Source: Myxococcota bacterium (lineage in GTDB: Bacteria; Myxococcota_A; UBA796; CAJQPC01). Taken from it: a DNA stretch of 15,956 bases. Under the pieces are notes generated by a model. That model did no database searches, was not told the origin of the DNA, and saw only the letters and a list, made by a program, of their open reading frames with translations. Below are positions 15,619-15,956 of this stretch, one piece after another. The stretch lies in NCBI GenBank assembly GCA_036229005.1, contig JAZAMN010000068.1, positions 1-15,956 of the forward strand, written 5' to 3'. The position numbers and the translations under genes are program-made. Within the stretch, counting starts at the first letter, position 1, and each line of letters opens with the position of its first letter.

Positions 15619-15702
15619 GAGGCGAGTAGACGAGGTCGAGCCTGGGCGGTCGGGTGCCTTCGTGAGGGGTGGTGCCGGGTAGGAGCGCGTGGCTGTGTTT
15701 TT

Positions 15703-15956
15703 TGAGTTGGGGGCAAGCCCCCTACGCCGGCGAAGCCGGCTGGACCCCCAGGGGGGACCTTCGCCAGTCCCCCCCAGGCCCCCCCCTCGGCGTCGGGTCG
15801 CGGGACGCGACCTGCACTGCGCCTCCATTTGCCACGGGCCCCACACGGGGGCCCTCTCCCCTGCGGGTCGGGCAAATGAAGGCGCAATGCAGCCCGATGG
15901 GCCGACATGCTCCATGGTTGGAGGTGGCTGAGGGCGGGCGGGGGCTGCGTTGTGCC
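15703..15956. repeat. Structured direct repeat, copy 2 (254 bp, runs to the window end)
   Basis: Near-identical to 15366-15618 at an offset of 337-338 bp. It is cut by the window end, so the true unit may be the full 337 bp. Confidence 0.95.

Noticed and set aside
14916..15931. ORFs across the terminal repeat (14916..15908, 15236..15577, 15385..15915, 15689..15931)
   Set aside because: A 1-nt indel between copies shifts frames, no protein motifs are seen, and the variation follows hairpin structure rather than codons.
15366..15956. CRISPR array, tRNA/rRNA or IS element
   Set aside because: The repeat is about 253 bp, far above CRISPR size; there is no cas gene, transposase, terminal inverted repeat, target duplication or recognisable tRNA/rRNA motif.

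Overview
A very GC-rich bacterial window with Myxococcota-like gene content (lineage inferred from MopE-type Asp/Cys repeats, a Pro-rich membrane Ser/Thr kinase and TPR proteins). The minus strand carries a tightly packed 10-gene operon (13581->1998): a membrane Ser/Thr pseudokinase with periplasmic TPR-like tail, a small beta-sandwich lipoprotein, a TPR lipoprotein, a complete Opp/Dpp-type ABC importer (SBP, 2 permeases, 2 ATPases), a TPR plus putative outer-membrane beta-barrel protein, and a TolB-like beta-propeller. Downstream is a lipoprotein with five MopE-type repeats, a lamin-tail domain and a CxxCH cytochrome c domain. Transcribed divergently on the plus strand are an acidic 399-aa hypothetical protein and a small lipoprotein with an internal duplication. 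The window ends in two near-identical copies (period about 337 bp) of a strongly structured non-coding element. Most long plus-strand ORFs in the track are antisense shadows.
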